Origin: the human T2T-CHM13v2.0 reference genome, Homo sapiens
DNA: 64,000 nucleotides
Direction: 5' to 3' (one strand)
NCBI RefSeq assembly: GCF_009914755.1
Contig: NC_060930.1
Positions 1 to 21,366 of this stretch are shown in pieces; within the stretch, counting starts at the first letter, position 1, and each line of letters begins with the position of its first letter. A program made the position numbers and the translations under genes. The notes beneath the pieces are model-generated. The model saw only the letters and a list, made by a program, of their open reading frames with translations, ran no database searches and had not been told where the DNA came from.

Positions 1-340
1 TAATATATTTCATTGGATTTTAGACAGGGCAAAAGGAAGAACAGGGGCCTCTGGAGGCCCTTGGTTATTTAAATCTTGGATTATTTGTGATAGTAATCAC
101 AAATTTTTGGCTAATTTTTAACCTGAGGTTTTGTTTTTTTTTTAAAGGAAATGCAGCCTAGTCTTGAGAACATAATTTTATATAATCAATTACTAAATGT
201 TAAACTATTACCACACAGCCCATAAAACAGCATTTGCGTTTATTGAGAGAGAGGATGTGCCATCATGATTAATGAAAACTATCTTTTGAGTTTGAAAAGA
301 AATTAATTTGCAGTGTTTGGATTGTATATATGGTGCTAAA

Positions 341-346
341 AATAAA
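341..346 (+). terminator. Candidate proximal poly(A) signal
   Basis: AATAAA preceded by TGTA (323) with U-rich sequence downstream. Confidence 0.4.
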
Positions 347-1506
347 TTAATTTACTTTATAAACCTTATCTGTACATTATACGATGTGATGAAATTTGCT
401 TTTTATCCAAATATTTTGTATCTTGTAAATATGGCTAATTATAGGAATGCCTATAATACATCTTAGATTCCTTATATCTAATAAGAGTTCAAAGAGTTAT
501 GAGTTGAAGTCTTGAATGCAGGAAACTATCTGATAGTGTTCTAAAATTTGGTTACTTGGGTTTGGATACCCTTAGTGGGATGATGTAAATAGAGGCTAGC
601 TACCTAGGCTTGTCTATAGCAACCATAATGTTGATGTAAGTAATGCGGTTACTGAATCATAAGAAAATGCCATCTCTTTTTAGTTGAAGGAAAACTCTGG
701 AAGTAGGTGCCATTGGTCATTCTGCAGTGCACTGCAACCATTGTTTCCCCTAGTGCCCTCTTTTCCCTAGGGCATTGCTCTCCTATTCCCACGCCTTAAC
801 ACAGCTCTATACCTAGAAGCAGCCAGCCCAGGCATGCAGTCACATTTAATCACATCCCCCTTCTAGAGTGCTTCAAAATGATGTAGTCCCTCAACTTGGC
901 TAAAGAATCTCAATCTCTTGAAATTTATTTTTTTAATGTCATATTCATCTGGTAAATATCTACTGTTTGCCAGGCATTTAAGAATATGGCAAAGAACATA
1001 AAAGATGGTGTCACCAGATTTTGGTCACCAATGAGTACCCGACCCGTTGCCATGATTAAGAGAGAATGCTTTCTATTGGAGTTTCAGGAAATATAATTTG
1101 AGAATACTTTAAAGGGAAGTGGAAGTATAAGTGAATGATATTTTTCTTTTACATGTAAACAATGAAGTTATTTCAAAGTTAAGTTTTAAACAAAATACAT
1201 GAAGTAGTGTCTGCCATACATGTTAATATTCTACATTCTTGCTTCCTTAAATTAATATGTTTGTGTGTATATATGTGCCTCACACCTGAATTGAAAATTA
1301 AAGACTGGTTTAAAAGTGGTTTAAAAGTGACATTTAATGTTTCTCCATTACGTTTGGGGTAACCAGCCTAAGTGGAATCTTGGAAGGAAAGTAAGGGAAA
1401 AACTTGTATTTGCCTTCAATGAATTAAACCAGTGATATGTGTTAACGTATGAATGAAAGGATTGATGGTGATTTTATAATTATATATATTGCCGCAGTAA
1501 CCAGTT

Positions 1507-1512
1507 AATAAA
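1507..1512 (+). terminator. Distal poly(A) signal
   Basis: AATAAA followed by a U-rich downstream element (1536-1545); repeats begin about 200 bp later. Confidence 0.7.
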
Positions 1513-1717
1513 TTGATAGCTACCATTTATTAATGATTTTATTTTCAGGTAGTTTTTATAATTTGATTCCCTTCCAACAGTCTTGTCCCAATTTTACAGT
1601 AAGGGATTTGAGCCTCCAGATAGGGGACTAGCTAATAAGTGGTAGAAGTCAGGGATTCAGACCTGTGTTTGAGCTGGTCCACTACACCACACAGTTATGT
1701 AAATAAATATGCATGAC

Positions 1718-1918
<201 letters not shown>

Positions 1919-2029
1919 GGAGAAACCTAGCTGTGACAGAAGGCAAAAAGGGATTTAGAGTGTCTCACGGTGATTAAAAGCTTGACTAAGAAATCATACA
2001 TGTCACTTAACTCAGAAATGCATTTCTAT

Positions 2030-2384
2030 CACATGCTGAAAGGCCAGAACTACACAGAATTAATCACCTCCACCTCAGGGTTTAAAAGAGTACATCCACA
2101 GCAGCGTTTTACATAACTGAAATGCCCAACATAAAGGGGTTAAAGTTTCCAGGCAGCCAAAATAGATGTCATGAAATTCAGGCACTAAAGTTGAGAAGCA
2201 CATGGGTAGCAATTAAGATACACTTGTAAGCCTGATAACGAGACATTTGGAATCATAAAAACTAAATATAAAAAGTACAGCCACTTGGGACAAGTCAATG
2301 CTATGACTAATAGCTTTAAGCTTATACACCTCAATTGACCATAAGGAAATCGGTATTTCCTACACAGCACAAAACGATTAGCTG
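2030..2384 (-). pseudogene. Candidate decayed exon of the putative lost gene (most 3')
   Basis: Unique DNA after an AG; frame ANRFVLCRKYRFPYGQLR...ASQL* (contains ORF 2185-2370) continues with sparse stops. Confidence 0.3.
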
Positions 2385-2480
2385 CTTACAAGGATTGACA
2401 ATAGTCATCAAGAATATAAACCATTAAGTTTGGTTTTGTGTATGTGTGTGTGTGTGTGTTTAGATTAGTACTGCATTTAC

Positions 2481-2776
<296 letters not shown>

Positions 2777-2794
2777 AAGTTTGGTTTTGTGGGG

Positions 2795-2951
<157 letters not shown>

Positions 2952-3209
2952 TTAAGCCAAGAAATTTTATAATCAAATATTTTCAAGGGATATTCTTAGA
3001 TATATTAGAGAAATGGTCTCATGAATAAGTTTGGCAAACACTGGGCTAACTTAGACATTATTTACTGCAATATTAGAGCCTTTAATATGCTGGTGTGAAT
3101 TTTTAATCTTTCCAAGAGAACAATATTGTATTTATCCATTGTATCAATCAGTGTCCCAGAAGAAGACAGATTGTTCACTCACAGTGGATAATTAAACATT
3201 TAATAGAGA

Positions 3210-6017
<2,808 letters not shown>

Positions 6018-6930
6018 TAATAAAGGGAAGCCAACAGGAATGTTGTGATACAGTTGCCACCTCCCAGCCTAAAGAGGCAAGAGAGGGGGACCAGTTACTG
6101 GGACTGAAGAGAAGAGCTAAATGGATAGGACTTCCTCAAAGAAGCTGTGACCTTAGTTGGAAGATACAGCCAACTAACAGCAATCCAGGTGGAGACCGAT
6201 AAAAGACCGAGAAATATTCAGCCTCATTTCCGCATCCCCTTTGATGTCCTACTAGTCTCTCTTTTCCCCTCTCTCCCCAGGCAGAGGGCAAATGAACCTG
6301 TCATCTATACAGATCAGCCTTTTGGGGACAGAGCAGAACAGAGAATAGCGTGTGGGAAACAGAAAACATCCTGTACCACTGCAGATGCCTTTTTTTTCAG
6401 ATGACTGCTTGGGATTAGTGTTCTACAGAACACACTGGGAAAAGTTGACATTATTCATTTTTTAAAGATATCCAAACTGACACATACATATACACACATG
6501 TTCTGTTTTTTTAGAGGTGGCAATACACACAATTTTTGGAAGTGATAATATAATGGAGGTATCTACAGTAATATGAAATAGCTCATTCATTCAATTTCAA
6601 TTTAATTATTTTATTTTATTTTATTTTATTTTATTTTATTTTATTTTATTTTATATTTTTTTGAGATGGAGTCTCGCTCTGTCACCTAGGCCGAAGTGCA
6701 GTGGTTGTGATCATGGCTCACTGCAACCTCTGCCTCCTGGGTTCAAGCAACTCTCCTGCCTCAGCCTCCTGAGTAGCTGGGACTACAGGCATATGCCACC
6801 ACGCCAACTAATTTTTATGTTTTTTTTTTTTTAGTAGAAATGAGGTTTCCCCATGTTGGCCATGCTGGTCTTGAACTCCTGATCTCAGGTGATCCTCCCG
6901 CGTTGGCCTCCCAAACTGCTGGGATTACTT

Positions 6931-7446
6931 TTAAAGAGTTTCTGCACAGCAAAAGAAACTATCATCAGAGTGAACAAACAACCTACAGAATGGGAGGAAA
7001 TTTTTGCAGTCTATCCGTCTGACAAAGGTCTAATATCCAGAATCTACAAGGAACTTAAACACATTTACAAGAAAAAACACAACCCCTTCAAAAGGTGGGC
7101 AAGGTACATGAACAGACACTCTCAAAAGATGACATTTGGCCAGCAGCGGTGGCTCATGCCTGTAATCCCAGCACTTTGGGAGGCCGAGGCCGGTGGATCA
7201 CGAGGTCAGGAGATGGAGACCATCCTGGCTAACACCGTGAAACCTCCGTCTCTACTAAAAATACAAAAAATTAGCCAGGCGTGGTGGTGGGCGCCCTAGT
7301 CCCAGCTACTCAGGAGGCTGAGGCAGGAGAATGCCGTGAACATGGGAGGCGGAGGTTGCAGTGAGCCAAGATCACACCACTGCACTCCAGCCTGGGAGAC
7401 AGAGCAAGACTCCGTCTCAAAAAAAAAGAGATGACATTTACGCAGC
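6931..7446 (+). repeat. Local copy of L1 segment 4696-4909, interrupted by an Alu
   Basis: Near-identical to 4696-4909, including variants that look private to that L1 copy. Confidence 0.9.
7138..7427 (+). mobile_element. AluY-like
   Basis: Alu consensus; TSD AGATGACATTT on both sides. Confidence 0.95.
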
Positions 7447-7544
7447 CACCGTGCCTGGCCATTACTTTCCAATCATGAAAAAAAAAATAAAGATTTTATA
7501 GTGAAATGATAAAAAGAATTGCCCTTGGGAACTTCTTTAGTTAC
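7444..7544 (+). repeat. Local copy of 21135-21251
   Basis: Shares Alu end plus unique flank (...AAAAAGAATTGCCCTTGGGA.CTTCTTTAGTTAC). Confidence 0.9.
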
Positions 7545-7863
7545 AGGCATGAGCCGCTGCACCCGGCTGTCAAGTGTTGATTTTTGGGGGAGTGACAATA
7601 TAATGTCCATTTCACTTCTGACTTGCAGAATATAGTCACAAACTTGGTCATTTTTTGCAAAAATATTTCAGGACTTTAATTTTTCCAAAGGCCAGCCTTA
7701 GCCAGTTATTATTTAGATAATTTTGTCTTGAAGCATCTAATACAGCATCCATATAAATTTTCATTTGTTTCCATTTTTAATTGACTTAACTCTGCTAGAT
7801 CCTTATCTGACAATAACTTTTGTTATTATTTGAGCAGTTCTCAAACATCACTTTCATTGACTT

Positions 7864-8310
7864 TGTCAGTCTAAACAACAGAGAGAGGCTCTCTAAAAGA
7901 AAAGGTACTTATTTGGGAATAGGGCATTGCAGTGAGATTATTCATGCCAGAGTAAACTATGTGCATATTCAGGGAGGTAAAGGAACACAAAGGTTTTTAA
8001 GAAAAGAATGAGGATGACATAATTGTTTTCAAATAATTATCTTTGGCTGCAAAGATCAATAACAAGGGTGACGTCAGTCCAGGATTGGATAGTCAGTTGC
8101 TGGGCAGATGTCCTTGCAAAAGAATTTGTTGTGTAAGGTTGCAATGGCCTTTGTGCAAGGTTGGTTTTTGTAGTCTTTGTGATAGTCTTTGTTATCAAGC
8201 ATAAAAGCATGAGAACCCTCTCTTCATGGCCTTTCCTGGCTCTAGAGTTTTGTTGCTGTTTTTGTTGTTCTGACGTTAATGATTGCATTTTGATTCTGAC
8301 AACTTTCACA
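7864..8310 (-). mobile_element. Solo ERV1-class LTR (MER65-like)
   Basis: TG...CA termini; 4-bp TSD ACTT (7860-7863, 8311-8314); minus strand starts TGTGAAAGTTGTCAGAATCAAAATG. Confidence 0.8.
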
Positions 8311-8603
8311 ACTTCATAAAATTCAGCAACTTAAATTCCAGTTTCACTTGTTTACATTGTGTTATTGGCTACATTCATTGGCAAGAAGACCAATAAATAG
8401 GTTTGGATATACTGGACACTACTAGTGCTAAAATAAAGACCATTTTACAAGTGGACGTGCACTAGAACTTCATTAACATAGGAACTCAAAACAATGAATA
8501 TACAGCTAAAAGCCCCTAGATTGAAGGAATAAGCAACAGAGTTCAACTAGATCAAATGGGACTTGGGTAGGTGTGATTCATTATAATTCTTTTATTCAGT
8601 TAC

Positions 8604-9551
<948 letters not shown>

Positions 9552-10033
9552 TCGGGCAGAATGCTAAAAAAACAGCTCTGTAAATGTTTGTTCTTTTCTG
9601 TTTTACTAGTTAGTATTTTACATCTATGACTTAATTTTTATCATGTATGCTAGGATCTTAAATTTTCAGTCTTGAGGGAGCTATTCAGTTTTTCAATTTG
9701 CTAGAATCCAGAAATCATGCATTAATTCCATAGACACTCATTGCATGAATATTACATCCTATGTATCAGGCAACGAAGACAAAGTGGTGAGGACAAACCC
9801 AGTCATTGCCTTCGTGGAATTTAGACTAGCAGGTCGAAATTTAAACATGAACTACTGGCTATAGTATAATAAAAACAAGTAATCTAAACCAAAACAACTT
9901 CTCCTTAGAGGTTCTGGATTGCAAAAGAAACATTAAAATGCCCCTGCTGCAAAAGTATATTCAAATAATTTTCATGGGTAGCTAGCTATCAGCTGGATGC
10001 TATTAAGATACAGATTTAAAGAAAGCGAATATT

Positions 10034-10345
<312 letters not shown>

Positions 10346-10393
10346 AAAGCAAATATTTAGACATTAATTAAATAATACTTGTAGTTATGCTAG

Positions 10394-10591
10394 TTAAAAT
10401 ATGCTATGTATAAAAATAAATACAGCCAGGTTTGATAGTGCTCGTTGGTGCATCTGAATATTCAAACCCGTCACAGAAATGCAGCTCGAAAAGTAAAAAC
10501 TTGACAGGATAAACTTCCAAGTATAAATATTGGCATTAAGTTGCTTGCCTGGCTGCATATATAAATCAGGCTGTTCCTTGTAGAAGAAGAT
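10394..10591 (-). pseudogene. Candidate decayed exon
   Basis: After TTTTAG| a phase-0 frame is open for 65 codons (IFFYKEQPDLYMQPGKQLNANIYTWKFIL...). Confidence 0.45.
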
Positions 10592-10728
10592 CTAAAATTT
10601 ACCAACAATTTCTATTTGAAAAATGAAACCAAAGTCTAGAAATACTACTATGGTCCACCAGTCAGGTTTGGGTTTATGGTCAGGGGAAGGATGAAGGCTT
10701 GACCTAAGTCCATAAAACATTGGGTCAA

Positions 10729-11503
10729 TGTGGTAGCTAGTTCCTAAGATGGCGCCTAACGGTCCTTGCCTCATTGTATTTATACCCATCAGTGGTCCCT
10801 TTTCCATGTTGTATCAGAGTTAGTCTGTGTGACCATCAGAATATGGCAGAAGCGATGGTGTGTCTTTTCTGAGATTAGGTTATAAAAGACTGAAGCTTCT
10901 ATCTTAGGCTTTCATTTTTCGGGAAGCTAGCTGCCACATCTTGCTGTTAACTAAGCACCCTATGGAAAGGCCCATGTGGAAAGAAAATGAGATTTCTAGC
11001 TTCAGCCAGTGAGGCATGAGCTCAGCCAAACACCGAGTAAACTTGGAAGCAGACCCTCTAGACTTCAGATAATTGCAGCAACCTTCAGCCAGAAACATGC
11101 AACTAAGCTGCTTCTGGATTCCTCACCCACAGAAACTTTTTTTTTTTTTTGAGGCAGGGTCTCGCTCTATGGCCCAGGATAGAGCGCAGTGGTGCGATCT
11201 CAGCTCACTGCCACCTCCGCCCCGAGTTCAAACAGTTAATTCCAGGCGCACGCCACCATGCTCCGCAAATAATTTTTGTACTTTTAGCAGAGACAGGGTT
11301 TCACCATGTTGGCCAGGTTGGTCTCAAACTCCTGAACTCAAGTGATCTGCCCGCCTCAGCCTCCCAAAGTGTTGGGATTACAGGCATGAGCCACGGCTCC
11401 AGGCCTGGATATCTGATGTACAGAAACTTTGAGATAAATGTTTGTTGTTTTAAGTTGCAAAATGTAGGAGTAATTTGTTATGCAGCAATAGATACCTAAT
11501 ACA
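10729..11503 (+). mobile_element. MaLR LTR (MLT1F-like) with nested antisense Alu (11137-11408)
   Basis: Starts TGTGGTAG; MLT1 3' end (...TTTGTTATGCAGCAATAGATACCTAATACA). Confidence 0.8.
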
Positions 11504-11519
11504 ACACCCCCCACCATAC

Positions 11520-12890
<1,371 letters not shown>

Positions 12891-12914
12891 AATACTTTTA
12901 AAAAAGAAGCATAA

Positions 12915-13860
<946 letters not shown>

Positions 13861-14188
13861 ATTCCAATGGCAGAATCAAGATAATTTTTTAAATTATCTA
13901 TTTTGGATGTACATACTCCACATGATCTGAATATTTCTATGCTTTTGCAATAATTTTAAATGAAAGGAGAATGAAGGAAATGCCTAACTTTTCAAATAGT
14001 TTGTAAATTAATCTAACACATTTGCATTTTAGAGAACATCATAATGACTTTTCTATACAAGTTAATCTGAAATTCATGAAATAGACACAAATTCTGTATC
14101 CATGCACAAAAGTGAAGATAAGAAATAAGACAATTTTCAGGAACATTCCCTTAAACATTCTCCTCTGATTTAACCTGGCTTGCCTTAC

Positions 14189-14279
14189 CATGGCAATAGA
14201 GAAATCACTAAAACATGCTGTTTAACAGGAAAAAAGTCTCTCAATTTCTGTGAGGAGTGATGTATGATTCTGATCTCTC
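14189..14279 (-). pseudogene. Candidate decayed exon, 91 nt, phase 2-0 (possibly longer)
   Basis: TTTACCCTTAG| acceptor, ATG|GTAAGG donor; RDQNHTSLLTEIERLFSC*TACFSDFSIAM. The frame also stays open about 49 codons past the donor. Confidence 0.45.
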
Positions 14280-14378
14280 CTAAGGGTAAATATTATAATA
14301 TTATATCAAAAAATTATGTAATTATAAGCAAAAGTGGCAGAAAGAAAGTCAGAGTTTAAGAAGTAAGTGCATTATACT

Positions 14379-15029
14379 GGCCAGGCATGGTGGCTCACTC
14401 CCGTAATCCCAGCACTTTGGGAGGCTGATGTAGGCAGATGGCTTGAGACCAGGAGTTCAAGACCAGCCTGGGCAACATGGCAAAACCCCTCTCTACAAAA
14501 AATACAAAACTTAGATGGGCATGGTGGTCTGTGCCTATAGTCCCAGCTATTATGGAGGCTAAAGTGGGAGGACAGCTTGAGCCTGGGAGGCAGAAGTTGC
14601 AGTGAGCCAAGATTGCAACACTGTACTCCAGGCTGGGCGATAGAGGGAGATCCAGTCTCAAAAAATAAGTGGAAAAAAATAAGTGCACTATAAAGATAAT
14701 TAAACTGTAGTATAAAATAAACTATACTGAGACTGGGTGCTGTGGCTCATGCCTGTAATCCCAACAATTTGGGAGGTCAAGGCAGGCAGATCACTTGAGG
14801 TCAGGAGTTCGAGACCAGCCTGGCCAACATGATAAAACCCCATCTCTACTAAAAATACAAAAATTAGCTGAGCATGGTGATGTGCAACTGTAATCCCAGC
14901 TACTCAGAGAGCTGAGCCTTGAGAATCGCTTGAACACAGGAGGGGGTGGTTGCAGTGAGCTGAGATCCTTGCCACTGCACTCCAGCCTGGGTGACAAAGT
15001 GAGACCCTCTCTCACAAAAAAAAAAAAAA
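14379..15029 (+). mobile_element. Two Alus (14379-14675, 14731-15029)
   Basis: Alu consensus. Confidence 0.95.
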
Positions 15030-15124
15030 TTAATTATAATGAAAATACAAAAAAAAAATAATGTTACAATATCATACTGATACTTCCAACTCAAATTCAG
15101 AACTACAGGGATTTTTTTAAAGAT

Positions 15125-15400
15125 TTTAATTGTTTTTAATTGACAATTATATATATTTGTGGGGTACAATGTGATGTTTTGATATATCTACGTATTGTAA
15201 AATGATTAAATTAAGCTAATTAAATCCATCACCTCACATACTTACCATTTTTTGTGGTATATTTAAAATTTGCCCTGTTAGCAATTTTGAAAGATACATT
15301 ATTAACTATAGTCACCATGCTGTGCGATATATCTCAAAAACATGTTTTCTAACTGAAACTTTGTACCCTTTGACCATCTCTCTCCATGTTCCCACCCCCA
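15125..15400 (-). mobile_element. L1MA 3' end
   Basis: Antisense L1MA 3' UTR motifs. Confidence 0.75.
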
Positions 15401-15499
15401 TAATTAATTATATTAATCATGCAATTAATTATATAATTAATTATATTAATCATGCAATTAATTATATAATTAATTATATTAATCATGCAATTAATTATA
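15401..15499. repeat. 33-bp AT-rich tandem repeat, 3 copies
   Basis: TAATTAATTATATTAATCATGCAATTAATTATA three times, exact. Confidence 0.95.
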
Positions 15500-15519
15500 T
15501 AAGTAATTAAATAAGGCTA

Positions 15520-15820
15520 ATTCATTAGGTGCCCCACAAAGGAATAGTTATTTCTTGAGCTCTGTGCCACGTGGTTTAGTAGCTCATTCAGAATGGCTTT
15601 ACTTCCAGTAACTAAGGAATAGAGAATAGCTGTTGTATTATTATTCCTAGATTTAGTCAAATAACTTGTTTAAACTCTGGTAACTCTTAGTGATGTTAGA
15701 TGATGAAAATCAAGTGGGAAATTTAGTCATATTTCCATCTATTCCATCGGTCATGCTTGAATGAGATAATTTGGATGAATAAATCTTGATTGCCAATCCC
15801 TCAGCATTTCTACCTTCTTC
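15520..15820 (-). pseudogene. Candidate decayed exon
   Basis: KKVEMLRDWQSRFIHPNYLIQA*...AILYSLVTGSKAILNELLNHVAQSSRNNYSFVGHLMN in one frame with 4 internal stops. Confidence 0.35.
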
Positions 15821-15887
15821 CTTATACAGAACACTGATTTGCTCAGGCACTGTGAAATATTAAGAGAATGAATCATGTTTGATCCAA

Positions 15888-16055
15888 GCAGTGGTTCTCA
15901 ACCCTGGCTGCACATTATAATCTCTGCGAAAGCATTTTACAAATATTGAGCCACAGCACCACCCCAAAACAATTCGATCAGAATCGTTGCAAGTTGGGTG
16001 CGGGTGCAAATACGTTTTAAAATGTTCCCTGTTGTGCAGCCAAGGACAGGACCAC
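15888..16055. mobile_element. MER5-type hAT-Charlie DNA transposon
   Basis: CAGTGGTTCTCAACCCTGGCTGCACATTA terminus. Confidence 0.75.
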
Positions 16056-16059
16056 AAGT

Positions 16060-16910
16060 CTGAGCCAATCATGGCAATTTAGCTCCTTTATCAGTGACCA
16101 GGGGAAGATGCCTGATCTGACCTAGGAGACTTAGAGGGGAATTCTGTTAGAGGCTTCTGGTAAAAACAACATTCTTTCCTGAAACAAGAGAAGATTGTAT
16201 GGAGAAAGACTTGTAAGTACCCGTGCGCTTGCTTGCTGCTTGGAGCAACGTCAGGTGAGTAGGGAACGCTCGGTTGTGGTGGCCATTTGCAACTATCAGG
16301 GAAGACACCTGAAGCAATAAAGACAGCCGAGCACGAAGATCGAAGAGTTCCAAGAGACACTGTAATGATAATGAGAATAACTAATTTACTATAGGAATTA
16401 GGACTTACACGAATATGAAAAGAGTTGCAAAAGTGAAGGTCTGGAAGGGAGAGTCAGAGAATCAGAGAAATAGGCTGAAGAGTCCACTGAAGCACTGATG
16501 TGAGTAACAAACTGCAGCTGGCCGAGAAATCCAGGAAATCAAGCGTGACCAGTTGCCAAAGTGGGACTGCAAAGAGCGTATTCATGGAGGGTCTCGAAAT
16601 TGCCATCTCTGGGGAAAGGTTCGTCTTTGTGTAGCTATCGCCTACACCCTGGGTCAGGGGCTGTTATTGATCAGCCGAACCAGCAGGTGGCAAGAGAGGC
16701 AAGACACAGAATGGAGAACAGCAGGACAAGCTGGGACTCGCAGCATCTGTCTCTACCTGTCGCCCGGTTTCACAGCAATGACCTTTTGAGCACAGTCGCT
16801 TCAGTTTCATTCACTTTTCAAATCTCATACACATTCCTCTTTTGTTCAATTCTAACCTAGAACCATATAGGGAAGAGGATTCTGGGAAATGTAGTTCCCA
16901 TCCTTAGCCA
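16060..16910. mobile_element. Old MaLR fragment plus ERVL-class LTR (LTR33/41-like, about 16361-16910)
   Basis: Ends ...GGATTCTGGGAAATGTAGTTCCCA, typical of this LTR group; family name tentative. Confidence 0.55.
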
Positions 16911-17474
16911 AGAAATGGGATAAACAAGCAAGTTATAATCCTTATGGAAAGTCTAAATTTCGTGGTTAAAAATCATCAATAAAGTCAAGTTTGAGATAAT
17001 ACCAGCTGAGTACTTCTCAGAACCTTGCCGTCTCCATTATTTATAAATGCAAATCAATTTCTTTACATTTGTAGGCCCATGCTTCTTTTTAAGTTCTGGT
17101 ACTTCCCTCTTACAGAGATAAATTGGTAATAAGCACACACTATCGACAAAGAGTAAAGGTTAGGGACAAAAATTCAAAGGCTAAGAAGGATTTAAAAAAT
17201 TAAAATTTGAAGAAGCAGATTGATGTTAAAAATAAAGATTGATGGGAATTAAAACATTCAATAGATAGGAAAAACAGACTGAAGTAGGAATTAAAAACAG
17301 GAAACTTCTACTTTTAAATGTGTTGAGGTTAAAAAGTAGAGAGAAGCAAACCAAAAAACGGGGAAAGAGAGAAAAAAGCGGGGAGAGACGGTACAAGGGA
17401 GAAAGACTGCAATACGTTTGAGTTCCTGGTTCCAGATACCTTTGATGCTAACTGTACTGCTGATCTTAATAGGG

Positions 17475-17784
17475 TTTTTTGGTTTTATTTGGTTTGGTTT
17501 TTGAGACAGTGTCTCACTCTGTTGCCCAGGCTGGAGTACAATGGTGACATCTCGGCTCACTGCCACCTCCGCCTCCCGGGTTCAAGCAATTATCCTGTCT
17601 CAGCCTCCTGAGTAGCTGGGATTACAGGCACATGCCACAACGCTCAGCTAATTTTTGTATTTTTAGTAGAGACAGGGTTTCACCATGTTGGTCAAGCTAG
17701 TCTTGAACTCCCGACCTCTGGTGATCTGCCCTCCTCGGCCTCCCAAAGTGCTGGGATTACAGGCGTGAGCCACCGTGCTCAGCC
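17475..17784 (-). mobile_element. AluS
   Basis: Alu consensus. Confidence 0.95.
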
Positions 17785-18119
17785 AGGGTTTGTTTAAATG
17801 AGCCAACAAATCCCCATTTTTTGCCCAAACTAGTTCCCTAAACTGGGGTTTTTTGATTTACAAACAAGAGTAATAATGGATTTTATTAGACAAATACTCT
17901 TGGAAATTTACCCAGTTATTTATTGCACTAATTTTAGTTAAATGAATGTTTTAATTTTTTTTTTAACGTTTGATTTGGTTATTTTCCAATTGATTTTTAA
18001 TCCTTCCTCCTTGGAAATCCTGCTTTCTATTCTTCCTTTAAAGGTAGTAATTCCAAGATTTGAAGAATGATAATAATACTATATAGAAGTAATTCCTAGG
18101 ACTATATGATATGCAATAC

Positions 18120-19047
<928 letters not shown>

Positions 19048-19170
19048 CTATGTATGTGGAAAGAAGAAACTGGAAGCTTCCAATTGGTACTAACAAAATT
19101 TCAGAATCTGGAGGCTAGCAACTGATCCCAAACTCTTTTTTGTTTGTTTTTCATTGGAGAGTGAGAGTGA

Positions 19171-20305
<1,135 letters not shown>

Positions 20306-20308
20306 TAC

Positions 20309-20507
20309 CCTTTAACATGTATTTTGTTTTTAGTGCTTCTGAATTGTCCTCAGCACTGTTTAAACCGAATTTCATCTTCATTGTTATAAATATCCACTGG
20401 TGAGTAATAAGACAAATGAAAGACAGTGTGTTTTTTCTAAGGCTCCACATCCAACCAACAATAGCCATGCCCATGTCTGTAAACTCCCACCAATCCCCTC
20501 TCTATTC
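20309..20507 (-). pseudogene. Candidate decayed exon, 199 nt, phase 1-2
   Basis: TTATTTTCAAATAG| acceptor, GG|GTAGGT donor; 2 stops; phase matches the exon starting at 19047. Confidence 0.5.
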
Positions 20508-20762
20508 CTATTTGAAAATAACTGGAATTAATGAGTTTTATTTTGATAAAGGTCCCTGCAAACCATAGCAGTCACTTTATTGCCTATCTAATATACCAAT
20601 TTTATGGGCCATATACTATAGGCAAACCACAATATATCAGTAGAATATTACAGTTAAATAAGCATCAAAATATTGATGCATATACTAGATTTTATTATAA
20701 TTTTCACTTTTTCCAGTGGCTTTGGAATCTTGCTACACTTTCAGAAATATAAGAACTTCTAG

Positions 20763-21151
<389 letters not shown>

Positions 21152-21268
21152 GTTACTTTTCAATCACGAAAAAAATAAAGTGAAATAATAAAAAGAATAA
21201 TAAAATAGTGAAATAATAAAAAGAATTGCCCTTGGGACCTTCTTTAGTTACTTTTCTTTTTATCTTTT

Positions 21269-21366
21269 TACATTATGAAACACTATTCACGTAGCAAAAA
21301 GTATGAAAATAAAAAGGGTACATTATGAAACACTATTCACGTAGCAAAAAGTACGAAAATAAAAAG

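Larger units (their letters stand above)
1..1530 (+). other. PTP4A1: Distal 3' UTR (terminal exon), probably PTP4A1
   Basis: Repeat-free, AT-rich, no ORF, ending in AATAAA (1507-1512) plus a U-rich tract. The gene name is inferred from recalled order and spacing relative to the RPL9 pseudogene and the downstream CpG island. Confidence 0.75.
6606..7567 (-). mobile_element. Alu split by a templated insertion (Alu parts 6606-6928 and 7545-7567)
   Basis: Consensus breaks at GGGATTAC (6928) and resumes at AGGCATGAGCC (7545). Confidence 0.85.

Noticed and set aside
15322-15510. INYINHA repeat peptide or CRISPR-like array
   Set aside because: Head-to-tail minisatellite with no spacers; eukaryotic context.
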